A stretch of 64,000 nt of DNA from a phage, in sequence record OZ346189.1; one strand, written 5' to 3'. Numbering within the stretch: position 1 is the stretch's first letter; every line of letters starts with the position of its first letter. Below, one piece after another: positions 41,062-49,280 of the stretch. The notes below the pieces were generated by a model. That model was not told the DNA's origin. It saw only the letters and a program-made list of their open reading frames with translations, and ran no database searches. A program made the position numbers and the translations under genes.

Positions 41062-41252
41062 AAGTAAAGTATCTTGCTGAAGGTATGAATAGGTATTTTA
41101 CCCTTGGTGAAGAATATTGGCCCTTTACAAACAACGGCGATGTCTACGTGAAAGATAATTTCGGCACGCCGTGGTTTCTGCACTCTAATGGGCTGGGATA
41201 CTCCATTTACTGCGGTGCAGTGAACAACACAACTCTTGCAGAGTTCGTTTAG
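41058..41252 (+). CDS. small protein, paralogue family 2
   Basis: 64 aa; FTLGEEYWPF...GTPWFLHSNG. Confidence 0.4.
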   Translation: MKVKYLAEGMNRYFTLGEEYWPFTNNGDVYVKDNFGTPWFLHSNGLGYSIYCGAVNNTTLAEFV

Positions 41253-41262
41253 AGGAGGTAGG

Positions 41263-41634
41263 ATGTTAGTAAAAGGTACCCACACAGTCAAACAACGTAT
41301 TGAAGTTGAGATTGATGATTGTGAGCTGAAGCATATTTTACGGTCATGCTCCAACGTTTTGCTCCTTAGTATTCTTCAGGAGCGAGCGGAGAACGAGTTC
41401 TTAAATGCATTGGCAGGCCGTCCCGGTGACTTCTGTGTGCGTAAGCGTGGTGACAACAAGTCGTGGTTGTGGGAGATCGATGCCGACTGGGATTACCACA
41501 AAAATGAGGGTATAGATGAGCCTATTCGTGAACTGACGGACAAAGAGATTCAGATGTACAATGAAGTTTGTCATTGGGCAACACGCCAACAAATTTACCT
41601 AGACCCTGTGTGGCTGATTGAAAATAGTCGTTGA
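41263..41634 (+). CDS. hypothetical protein
   Basis: ATG 41263 behind RBS gaggaggt (track ORF starts at 41236). Confidence 0.45.
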   Translation: MLVKGTHTVKQRIEVEIDDCELKHILRSCSNVLLLSILQERAENEFLNALAGRPGDFCVRKRGDNKSWLWEIDADWDYHKNEGIDEPIRELTDKEIQMYNEVCHWATRQQIYLDPVWLIENSR

Positions 41635-41659
41635 CAAGAAGTAAGGTTAGATGTAAGAT
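41631..41659 (+). promoter_or_regulatory. sigma70-like promoter
   Basis: ttgaca-N17-taagat upstream of 41711. Confidence 0.45.
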
Positions 41660-41710
41660 ACTCCTCACAAACAGAGTATTGATTGTTAAATAATTAAGGA
41701 GACCTCTAAG

Positions 41711-41965
41711 ATGAAAATCATGTTGAAACCAGAATGCGTTGCAAACGACCGAGCTTTTAAAGATTGCACACTTGGCGCTACTTATGAAGCAGAGTTTTGT
41801 GAGAACCCTTTGGTAAAAGCCCTTTTGGAAGAAGGGGCCCCTCTATCACAAGAAGAGCTTGATGAGCTGGAAAACTCAGCACAGTGCCTTACCTTTAAAG
41901 ATGATGAAGGAGACTCTGTCTGGTGCACTGTTAACGAAGTAGTTTTTGTAAAAACTGAACATTAA
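41711..41965 (+). CDS. small acidic protein, paralogue of 42029..42289
   Basis: 84 aa; DRAFKDCTLGATYEA...DDEGDSVWCTVNEVVFV. Confidence 0.45.
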   Translation: MKIMLKPECVANDRAFKDCTLGATYEAEFCENPLVKALLEEGAPLSQEELDELENSAQCLTFKDDEGDSVWCTVNEVVFVKTEH

Positions 41966-41968
41966 TAC

Positions 41969-42006
41969 TTGACAACAGCGATAGGACCTAATACAATGGT
42001 CCTATC
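41969..42006 (+). promoter_or_regulatory. sigma70-like promoter with hairpin overlapping the -10 box
   Basis: ttgaca-N17-tacaat; inverted repeat ataggacc/ggtcctat spans the -10 region. Confidence 0.45.
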
Positions 42007-42028
42007 AAAACGAAAGGGGACCACAGCA

Positions 42029-42289
42029 ATGACCAAACAATATCAACGAATTAAAGCCAAGGTTAAGCCAGACTATCTAGAGAAGGACTCTGCTTTTCGG
42101 GACTGCACAGCTGACAAAGTTTACACAGGGGCCGTCCTGTTGAACGATAAACTTGAAGTAGATGTGCTGGGTAAAGAGGCCGTTATCGAGGATGACAACG
42201 GTGACTGTGTTTTCTGCACCACACGAGAGCTAGAAGTCTTAGAATATTTCGGTGAAATCTTCAACTCCTTAGACGACGAGGAAGCGTGA
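42029..42289 (+). CDS. small acidic protein, paralogue of 41711..41965
   Basis: ATG 42029 behind RBS aaagggga, downstream of the promoter at 41969; DSAFRDCTADKVYTG...DDNGDCVFCTTRELEVL. Confidence 0.4.
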   Translation: MTKQYQRIKAKVKPDYLEKDSAFRDCTADKVYTGAVLLNDKLEVDVLGKEAVIEDDNGDCVFCTTRELEVLEYFGEIFNSLDDEEA

Positions 42290-42678
42290 TGAAAAATATT
42301 TGGGATATCGATATCTTTGAAGCCTCTAAGCTTGACGGTGCTGATGGAGTGATTATGGTGTCTGATGGCAAGGCAACACTAACTTCCGGAGATATCATCT
42401 ATGCCTTGGACGAGCTGGCGCTTCTGAAATCTACCGGTAACACTTTGGAGGAGCGTCTTCAAGGATTCGCTTTCAAAGAAGGTACAAATACAGCCATGAT
42501 GTGCACCACACGGACAGTTCAGGTTGGTAACGGTGTCTATATGATTATTGCTGTGTGTCCTAAATTCAGCAACGTCAACAAAGATGATGCTGACGCGGTC
42601 AACGATGTGGTTGTTCTCTTCGTGGGTGACGCTATGGCAGATCTGATGAATGCAGGAGAAGCAGCAAATGAAGACTGA
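42286..42678 (+). CDS. hypothetical protein
   Basis: 130-aa ORF, ATGA overlap. Confidence 0.45.
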   Translation: MMKNIWDIDIFEASKLDGADGVIMVSDGKATLTSGDIIYALDELALLKSTGNTLEERLQGFAFKEGTNTAMMCTTRTVQVGNGVYMIIAVCPKFSNVNKDDADAVNDVVVLFVGDAMADLMNAGEAANED

Positions 42679-42970
42679 AAACATCACCCCAGCAGGGTTC
42701 TTAAAAGTATACCGTGAACTGCTATATACTACAGAGGACAGTGTTCTAGAGTATCCAGAATATCTTTTGCTGTATAAGTATCTGCAGGAGGCTGGTGAAA
42801 ATCTGCCAGTTAGTGCAGAAGGTGGTCCAAACTGGATATACAGCGCATGGAGAAAGGTTGACATTCTCCCAGACCCAGGTAAAGATATGGTAGTTTGGCA
42901 GCTTATCAACAACATCGGGATTCCAATCTTTGATGAAGCTGTTAAAATCTATTTTGAACTTGACGATTAA
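42668..42970 (+). CDS. hypothetical protein
   Basis: ATG 42668 behind RBS caggagaag (track ORF starts at 42650). Confidence 0.4.
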   Translation: MKTENITPAGFLKVYRELLYTTEDSVLEYPEYLLLYKYLQEAGENLPVSAEGGPNWIYSAWRKVDILPDPGKDMVVWQLINNIGIPIFDEAVKIYFELDD

Positions 42971-42987
42971 TATCAGGAGACCTTAAG

Positions 42988-43233
42988 ATGACTGAAGCAG
43001 TTGCTCGCGCAGGACAGAAAGTACGTTGTGTTGAAGTAGGTTTTGGTGGCAAAGGGTGTCAAAACTTGACTCAAGGCAAGGAATATGCTGTTATCTCTGG
43101 TGGTGGCGACGAAAGTATTGTGTTCGAGGGCCACATCCTGGATGCTGAAAACTTTGAAATCTTTGACGACGATGGGGATCCGATCACCTGCCTGCTGGAC
43201 GGGAATTGGGGAACTTTCGAAGTGATTGGCTAA
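42988..43233 (+). CDS. small protein, paralogue family 2
   Basis: 81 aa; LTQGKEYAVISGGGDESIVFEGHILD. Confidence 0.45.
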   Translation: MTEAVARAGQKVRCVEVGFGGKGCQNLTQGKEYAVISGGGDESIVFEGHILDAENFEIFDDDGDPITCLLDGNWGTFEVIG

Positions 43234-43316
43234 CAAATACCTATTGTAATTTACAGAAGGGGATGCTAAAATAGTGTCTCCTTCTATGTTGTTCAAATAA
43301 AATCGGAGATTCCATA

Positions 43317-43685
43317 ATGGAACAAATGAACGATCAAGAGTCGGTTGCGATGAACGAGCAAGAACAACCTCAAGAATTTTTCTTAGGGTTAAGTAAAGAT
43401 CAAGTGTCTCTTTTGCTAGTGCTTTCTTCTTTCATGGGAAGACTTCAGGAGCTCACACAACAACCGGAGGCTGAACAATTATTTCAGGCTCTGCGTGAAG
43501 AAGAAAAATATCGTCGTTTGGACTATGCCTTAGGTTGGGTAGCTCAACAACGAGATATGCTGATGGCCCTCTCTGGGACCACAAGTTTTGCAATGGGCCT
43601 GTTGGCTCAAGTTCAGGACAAATTAATTCAAGCAGGGTTTGCACACACGGCAAACACTAACGAAGAACAAGGAGACAAAGAATGA
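43317..43685 (+). CDS. hypothetical protein
   Basis: 122-aa ORF, RBS ggagattcc. Confidence 0.45.
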   Translation: MEQMNDQESVAMNEQEQPQEFFLGLSKDQVSLLLVLSSFMGRLQELTQQPEAEQLFQALREEEKYRRLDYALGWVAQQRDMLMALSGTTSFAMGLLAQVQDKLIQAGFAHTANTNEEQGDKE

Positions 43686-44908
43686 GCGTTATTCAACAAT
43701 TCGCTAACCCGATGAATCCGCGTGAAACTGTTTTACTGGCTCACGGCATGATTAAACGCGTCAGCATCAAGCCTATCAAAGGTGCTGATCCTACAACAGG
43801 TATTAAAACCACTGTGTGGCAAGGTAAGAAAATTGAATCCAGCCACACCATCTCTTTACTGATTTCTGAACTGGATTCCTCTGATAACCTACTTCAAGGT
43901 GGTGAAGAAGTTTGGATCAGTATGGGCGATAAGCTGCTTAAACCGGGTCATCAAGACTCTGTCTCTGTTAAAATTGATGACAAGTGGGAAACCGTAACGC
44001 CAGGATGGATCGTAAATATCCCTTTGAAGGCAAACGAGCATAACGGTAAGACCTACTACAAAGGCTCACTGGCTAAGATGGTTAAGCTGGGTGCAGGAGA
44101 GGCTCCAGCAGCGACTCAGCAGCAAAAACAGCAACAAGGTGCACAATCACAAGGCCAGAAGCAGAAACCTCAGCAGAATGCCAATCAGGACGTTTTACGC
44201 ATCTATGGTGATGTGACTCAGATTGTTGGCAACGTGGTTACTGTAAATGACCACAAGATTGGCGAAGGTGCTATGGTTGTAACTGATGAGCAGCTTAAAG
44301 ACCTGGTGGTAGGTGGTCGTGTTGCAGCCATTGTTGACAAAGACACTGGAAACATTATCAGTGGTTTCAAGGCCTATCCTCCTAAGGCAGAGAACGGCAC
44401 TCAAGGCTCCGGTGGCAAGCGTAAATCCTCTTACGACCCTATCGGTGTGGAAACGGGGCATAGCATCAATGCGTTGCAGATCATCCTGGATCGCGGGTTT
44501 AAGGTAGACGACCCACTGGGCGTGGCTAAAACACTGCACGTAGTCACCATTGAGCTTAAGAAAGAGTATGCTCAAGCCACCAACCGAACTGAAGATGAAG
44601 TAGGTGCCAGTGTCGGTAATGCGGTGTTGAACGCTTGTCGCCGTATTGACAAGAAAACGAAAGTTGATGATTTTGCAGCGGCAATTACTGCAGAAGCAAA
44701 AGATGTCTTGACTAATCTGGCTGAGCCGTTGTACGATTGGATCAAGAACGGTGCTGGGTCAACTGACCATCAAGAACCTCAGGCTGCCAAACAGGAAGCA
44801 GCTCCACAGCAAAACACTGTAGACGCTCCTCCTGTAAATGATGGGGAAGATGACCCGATGGATCAGAATCCAGCACAGTACGCCTTTGATGATGACATCC
44901 CTTTTTAA
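43682..44908 (+). CDS. putative ssDNA-binding protein with host-SSB-like acidic C-terminal tip
   Basis: 408 aa; Gln-rich linker; C-terminus ends AFDDDIPF, identical in its last six residues to the E. coli SSB tail. Confidence 0.45.
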   Translation: MSVIQQFANPMNPRETVLLAHGMIKRVSIKPIKGADPTTGIKTTVWQGKKIESSHTISLLISELDSSDNLLQGGEEVWISMGDKLLKPGHQDSVSVKIDDKWETVTPGWIVNIPLKANEHNGKTYYKGSLAKMVKLGAGEAPAATQQQKQQQGAQSQGQKQKPQQNANQDVLRIYGDVTQIVGNVVTVNDHKIGEGAMVVTDEQLKDLVVGGRVAAIVDKDTGNIISGFKAYPPKAENGTQGSGGKRKSSYDPIGVETGHSINALQIILDRGFKVDDPLGVAKTLHVVTIELKKEYAQATNRTEDEVGASVGNAVLNACRRIDKKTKVDDFAAAITAEAKDVLTNLAEPLYDWIKNGAGSTDHQEPQAAKQEAAPQQNTVDAPPVNDGEDDPMDQNPAQYAFDDDIPF

Positions 44909-44923
44909 CAATTAGTTAACATA

Positions 44924-44952
44924 GCCCTGCCCGAAAGGGTGGGGCATTTTTG
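44924..44952 (+). terminator. rho-independent terminator (copy 2 of the repeated hairpin)
   Basis: gccctgcccgaaagggtggggc followed by atttttg. Confidence 0.55.
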
Positions 44953-44970
44953 TATAAGGAGATCTGAAAA

Positions 44971-45387
44971 ATGACATTAGAAGATATCATTGTTAAACCT
45001 GAGAACTATGACCAATACAACCTGTCAACTCAATCTGTAGACCTTGGATGCGCCACAGTTAGTGCGTGGCTGGTTAATGGAAAAGAGCTGGACAAGTGCT
45101 TAGAAGCTCACATGTCTGTTAACAAGTTTCTGGATGAAAATACTCACTGGCTTGAGGGTGCTGGAGTATATGCTTCATGGTTGGAGAGCATGGGCTTTGA
45201 CTATCAATCTGATGAAGGGTGGTGGAGCTATCTGGCTATCTGTCCAGAAACACTGCAATGCTTCATGAAATACTCTGAAGATCTTGAGTACCGAGCGGTG
45301 GTTGATAGTGCTATTGCCCGTTATAGCCGTAAACCTTTTTCCCATGACATTAAAACTGTGGAAGAATTTGTTGAAGTTTTCTGTTGA
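44971..45387 (+). CDS. hypothetical protein
   Basis: 138-aa ORF, RBS aaggagatc. Confidence 0.45.
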   Translation: MTLEDIIVKPENYDQYNLSTQSVDLGCATVSAWLVNGKELDKCLEAHMSVNKFLDENTHWLEGAGVYASWLESMGFDYQSDEGWWSYLAICPETLQCFMKYSEDLEYRAVVDSAIARYSRKPFSHDIKTVEEFVEVFC

Positions 45388-45412
45388 CACAGGTTGAAAG
45401 GTGTGCAATTAT
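45384..45412 (+). promoter_or_regulatory. sigma70-like promoter
   Basis: ttgaca-N17-aattat overlapping the stop of 44971..45387. Confidence 0.4.
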
Positions 45413-45483
45413 AACTTCATAAAACGGGAGGACGCGATGAACGAAGAAAACTGGGATGTATAACTAACAGGAGACCACTGCCC

Positions 45484-45681
45484 ATGATTTATCGAATCCG
45501 TGTAAGAGAAGATGCACCAGGCTGTTACTTTGACTGGCGTGGGTGGTGGTTTCTCCACCCAATGGATGGACTCACAGATAGAATGCTGGATGCTGCCCTT
45601 TATACAGATACCGACATAGAATATAATCTCTATCTGAAGGACGGTATAGATAACGGTCTATTTGAAGCAATTCCTGTGTAA
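45484..45681 (+). CDS. hypothetical protein
   Basis: 65-aa ORF, RBS caggagacc. Confidence 0.4.
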   Translation: MIYRIRVREDAPGCYFDWRGWWFLHPMDGLTDRMLDAALYTDTDIEYNLYLKDGIDNGLFEAIPV

Positions 45682-45749
45682 GAGACTGTGATAGCCATGT
45701 TTTATGATCTTCCTGTAGCACCACCACCTGTTGAACCTGGAGAACTAAG

Positions 45750-46169
45750 ATGATCTATGAAATGCCAAAACTGATTCGTGACGATGCCCAAAACCACACC
45801 ATTATTATGGGTAAACGCATGAATATCCTTTGCCGTAACGATTTCTGTGGTGTAGAATACGTTGCAGACTACTTCGGTGAGAATGGTAAACACCCTGTTC
45901 AGTTCTTCCTTGACCATGAGGATAACATTATCTGGGAGTTTGAAACTGAAGATATCCGCAACCTCTTCATCTTCCTCGGTGTCAAGGTTAAGGCCAATTT
46001 CGCGGAAGGTGAGTGCGACGATTGTGGATTTTATGAGGTGACAGACTTCTATCTCCCGAGTGGCAAGAACATTTACTATGAGAGTCACTTCGGAAACACC
46101 AACATGCCTCAAAGCTGGGAAGAATTTTTCAGTATCGTAGAAGAGGAGCTGGCATACCGTGATTATTGA
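45750..46169 (+). CDS. hypothetical protein
   Basis: 139-aa ORF. Confidence 0.45.
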   Translation: MIYEMPKLIRDDAQNHTIIMGKRMNILCRNDFCGVEYVADYFGENGKHPVQFFLDHEDNIIWEFETEDIRNLFIFLGVKVKANFAEGECDDCGFYEVTDFYLPSGKNIYYESHFGNTNMPQSWEEFFSIVEEELAYRDY

Positions 46170-46617
46170 TACTGTAAAGGGAGATTTAATCTCCCTTTTT
46201 AAGAGCGGTGCTGGTCACCTAATCCACGGTTGTAACTGCTTCCACACAATGGGTAAGGGCATAGCAAAACAGATTGCCCGTGAGTTTCCTCAAGCATTGT
46301 CAGCCGACAAAGAGACCAGACACGGTTGCCTAAGTAAACTGGGTGCGTTCTCCCGATGGGAGCACTTATCTCCGAGAGGTATTGTCTACGGAATCAATCT
46401 GTATACTCAGTTCTACCCAGGGCCTAATGCTGAATATTTCTCAATCCTGAAAGGCTTTGAGCTAGTCAATGAGGTATTCGAGGGATCGACTTTACCATTC
46501 TACATCCCTAAGATCGGATGCGGCATAGGCGGTTTGAAGTGGGAGCACGTAGAGGACGTTATTAACCTCGCCACTTTTGATATAGATATTATCGTGGTGG
46601 AGTACAAAGAGTGTTGA
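46159..46617 (+). CDS. macro-domain protein (ADP-ribose binding/processing)
   Basis: GDL...AGHLIHGCNCFHTMGKGIAKQI fits the macro-domain pattern GDI...DAIVNAAN...GGGV.GAI; later IPKIGCGIGG fits the second glycine-rich motif. Confidence 0.5.
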   Translation: MIIDTVKGDLISLFKSGAGHLIHGCNCFHTMGKGIAKQIAREFPQALSADKETRHGCLSKLGAFSRWEHLSPRGIVYGINLYTQFYPGPNAEYFSILKGFELVNEVFEGSTLPFYIPKIGCGIGGLKWEHVEDVINLATFDIDIIVVEYKEC

Positions 46618-46642
46618 CAGCTGACTTTTGAGATGGTATAGT
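46614..46642 (+). promoter_or_regulatory. sigma70-like promoter
   Basis: ttgaca-N17-tatagt upstream of 46674. Confidence 0.5.
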
Positions 46643-46673
46643 CACCACAACGATTGAGAGAGGGAGCACCACT

Positions 46674-46874
46674 ATGGAGACTAAAATCTTAATTCTGGCT
46701 GTGATAGATACGACCGAAGGGGCCGTGTTCGAATCTGCAGGAGGGTATTTCTACCTGCCCTACGGAAAAATAACTTCCGAACCGAGTAAAGATTCAATCC
46801 TTAAAGTGTTCCCTTGTGCTTTCTGGCTGGAGATTCTGGTAGAAGATTGCAGAGGATTGGGGAGAGAATTATGA
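46674..46874 (+). CDS. hypothetical protein
   Basis: 66-aa ORF, RBS gagagagggag. Confidence 0.4.
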   Translation: METKILILAVIDTTEGAVFESAGGYFYLPYGKITSEPSKDSILKVFPCAFWLEILVEDCRGLGREL

Positions 46875-47065
46875 GAAACAAGAAAGAGCTTTACTCTGGC
46901 GAGTGGATCAACGATCAACAGGTCGGAGAGGTAACCTGCTTCCGGTGTTTTACTCGGTACAATCTTAAAACTGCACCAAAAAGTGTTCCAAAGACTGACG
47001 GTTATTACATAAAAGAACCTCATTGCCCAAAATGTAAATGCCGATTGTACTGGAGCAATCTATAA
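46871..47065 (+). CDS. zinc-ribbon protein
   Basis: ATG 46871 behind RBS ggggagag; CFRCF...CPKCKC cysteine pairs. Confidence 0.4.
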   Translation: MRNKKELYSGEWINDQQVGEVTCFRCFTRYNLKTAPKSVPKTDGYYIKEPHCPKCKCRLYWSNL

Positions 47066-47069
47066 GAGG

Positions 47070-47098
47070 TTGACATCTGAAAACTGCAGTGTATAGTA
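47070..47098 (+). promoter_or_regulatory. sigma70-like promoter
   Basis: ttgaca-N17-tatagt upstream of 47129. Confidence 0.5.
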
Positions 47099-47128
47099 TA
47101 CACATAAACTAACAGAGAGCGATGTATT

Positions 47129-47320
47129 ATGGTAATTTTTAACCGGGATGGTATCATAGTTAGACAGCACCCGTTCCTTGAATACTATCAAATTGAGCAA
47201 TGGTGCTACGGGGATTGCAGTCACTCCTATGGGCAAAGTTGGGGATATCGTACAGTTTTTGAATCAACAGACCTTGACAAAGTAAGACAGAAAGTTTTAG
47301 AACTTATTAACAACAAGTGA
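47129..47320 (+). CDS. hypothetical protein
   Basis: 63-aa ORF. Confidence 0.35.
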   Translation: MVIFNRDGIIVRQHPFLEYYQIEQWCYGDCSHSYGQSWGYRTVFESTDLDKVRQKVLELINNK

Positions 47321-47329
47321 GTATGATAT

Positions 47330-47662
47330 ATGGTAACATTAGAAAGACGTAAAGCTATCGCCGCCACACTGGCAGACATCTTTTGGGATTGCAACTTAAA
47401 AGATACCAGAAATTGTGGCGCATCTGTAGATGTATTATTCCCACGGCCCACCATTGTTGCAATGGGAAACCTGTTAAACGTAGTGTACGGAGCATGGGAC
47501 AAAGAAGGTGGATTCTATATCTGGCAACCTGACTACAGAGCCTGGAAAGAGGTAAGGGGTGCGGTTGACTTTGGGCCTGCAAGTGCTAAGATGGATGGCT
47601 GGGAAATTTATGTTGGAAACGACATGAAGCTGAAAGGCGAGATTGTTTACTGGTTACCTTAA
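47330..47662 (+). CDS. hypothetical protein
   Basis: 110-aa ORF. Confidence 0.4.
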   Translation: MVTLERRKAIAATLADIFWDCNLKDTRNCGASVDVLFPRPTIVAMGNLLNVVYGAWDKEGGFYIWQPDYRAWKEVRGAVDFGPASAKMDGWEIYVGNDMKLKGEIVYWLP

Positions 47663-47682
47663 GAGAATGCAGGAGATAAAGT

Positions 47683-47928
47683 ATGAACAAAGGGTGGACA
47701 TTTGTAGACGGCGTTGAAAACATGCCTCTAGGAAAGTATATTGTAGCCATGGCAGATGAGAATGGCAAGGTTGATTTCGGAGCTTGCGAGGTTGTTCTTG
47801 CAGGATCTGGTGACTATGCTCACAAAACTGGGATAATTAACGGTCATTTCTACTTTGATTACAACCCTGTTGTGGCGTATATGGCTATGCCAGAGTTCGA
47901 GCTCCCAAAGGAGGGTGCGGATGTTTAA
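47683..47928 (+). CDS. small protein, paralogue family 2
   Basis: 81 aa; MPLGKYIVAMADENGKVDFG; RBS caggagata. Confidence 0.45.
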   Translation: MNKGWTFVDGVENMPLGKYIVAMADENGKVDFGACEVVLAGSGDYAHKTGIINGHFYFDYNPVVAYMAMPEFELPKEGADV

Positions 47929-48118
47929 GCTTAAATCTGCATGGAACATCGCTGTGGGGGACGAGATCCGCATCCCAGGTGGAAAGACCATTATGAAGAT
48001 ATCTCGTATCGAGTACGAAGGTGATCGTGTATTTCATATCTTTGCAGAAGATGGTCGAGAAATTTATATACAGGCAGGCTCTCACATCTATATTCGTAAG
48101 AAAGGGGACGACAAATGA
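47924..48118 (+). CDS. small protein
   Basis: ATG 47924 behind RBS ggagggtg (track ORF starts at 47855). Confidence 0.4.
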   Translation, partial: FKLKSAWNIAVGDEIRIPGGKTIMKISRIEYEGDRVFHIFAEDGREIYIQAGSHIYIRKKGDDK

Positions 48119-48444
48119 CAGAGATCATCATTTCAACTGCAGGGTATGTGTTCCTGACAATCATTGCACTGACCATTTTGGTGGTGGTATATGGAATTGT
48201 TATTCTCCCTATTCTTGAGACAATTAGTTTGTGTCGGTGTTGGAGAAAGGCTTACGGTCCACAGCCGTGGAAGGACTGGCCCCACCTGGTGCACATAGCG
48301 TTCTCTTATGCTTATGATCACGCCAGCAGTGCATGCATAACCGGGTATCACGCCCACAACTGGAGCTGGGAAGGGTTGAGGAAATGGAATGTTACAAAGA
48401 CCATACCTCTGCGCATGTACAAACCTAAAAACAAAGACAGCTGA
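48115..48444 (+). CDS. small membrane protein
   Basis: 109 aa with hydrophobic N-terminal helix (YVFLTIIALTILVVVYGIVILPIL). Confidence 0.45.
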   Translation: MTEIIISTAGYVFLTIIALTILVVVYGIVILPILETISLCRCWRKAYGPQPWKDWPHLVHIAFSYAYDHASSACITGYHAHNWSWEGLRKWNVTKTIPLRMYKPKNKDS

Positions 48445-48473
48445 TACTTGAAAATCCCTGGCATATCAAGTGT

Positions 48474-48510
48474 AAGGAGGATTTCTAAAATGGATTTCCT
48501 CCTTTTGATA
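48474..48510 (+). terminator. terminator-like hairpin
   Basis: aaggagg / cctcctt inverted repeat followed by ttgatattt. Confidence 0.35.
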
Positions 48511-49047
48511 TTTCACCGGGCCAGATATTTTAAAATTCTTAGAAAATCAGAAAATGGATCGAAAACTAAAATGGATTTTTCAAGACAGGCACGATAAGAT
48601 GTGCTGCTCATTCTATCGTTCGCACCGTACTTTAAGTCACTATTCCAGATTTTTCCGCACATACTCTCACCCTTCTACCAGAACTTTCCCAGCTTACCTC
48701 TGACCTTTTATAACAATAAGTCCATTATTATCAGAAAGTTTCGGCACATCTCTTTCGGTACTCGATCTGTTTTTCATTTCAAAGACCTGATTTTCTGAAA
48801 ATTTTTCTCGATAAATTTCTTAGTACTCGATCTGTTTTTCGTTTTCTGAATCGGATTTTCTGGAAATCGTTCCAGCCCTCGACCTGAAATTTTTGGGGAC
48901 GAAATCGATTTTTCGTTTTCAGAAATGGATTTTTAAAATTTCTATATGGGAATATTTTATGGGATACTGTTTTATAGGAAATTGTTACGGAGGGTAATTA
49001 GCATGCTAATTAAATTTATTAAATGCGAGGAGTTCTCATTTAGAATT

Positions 49048-49066
49048 TTGAATGATAATCATTCTC
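49048..49066. promoter_or_regulatory. Fur-box-like palindrome 1
   Basis: ttgAATGATAATCATTcTC: 12-nt core ATGATAATCATT identical to the Fur consensus GATAATGATAATCATTATC core, about 15/19 overall. Confidence 0.35.
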
Positions 49067-49140
49067 GTTTGCAGAATAACGGGCAGGCCCGGTGATTGTC
49101 TCCCGGCCCCTGTTGCCCCGGCTTGTTATTATAGTATCAC
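49049..49140. repeat. direct repeat unit R1
   Basis: aatgataat..ttctcgtttgcag...tgattgtctccc shared with R2. Confidence 0.4.
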
Positions 49141-49178
49141 ACAGGACAAAGAAAGCAAGGATTTTTTGCATAAATTTT

Positions 49179-49280
49179 TAAATGATAATGATAACCGTTC
49201 TCATTTTATGCAGCGCCCATCCCCGGTGGTTGTCTCCCCCGTCACCGGTGCCTGCCGTCCTTTCGATAGGTATATTGTGC
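49179..49280. repeat. direct repeat unit R2
   Basis: aatgataatgataaccgttctcattttatgcag...ggttgtctccc, imperfect copy of R1. Confidence 0.4.
49184..49202. promoter_or_regulatory. Fur-box-like palindrome 2
   Basis: GATAATGATAAcCgTTcTC: about 16/19 to the Fur consensus. Confidence 0.35.

Noticed and set aside
46715-46745. tRNA-like T-arm sequence gggccgtgttcgaatctgcagg
   Set aside because: No acceptor stem or anticodon arm can be drawn around it, and it sits inside the coding ORF 46674..46874.
48491-48598. 35-aa ORF starting 10 nt after a perfect aaggagg Shine-Dalgarno sequence
   Set aside because: The aaggagg forms the 5' arm of a hairpin with cctcctt, so it is more likely part of a terminator-like structure; the ORF is Lys/Arg-rich low complexity. 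Kept only as a low-probability possibility.
48550-48960. Possible CRISPR array suggested by short repeated motifs (aaatggat, tcgatctgtttttc, tttcgttttc)
   Set aside because: Repeats are short (8-15 nt), irregularly spaced and not separated by unique spacers of uniform length; no cas genes in the window. Better explained as iterons or regulatory repeats.
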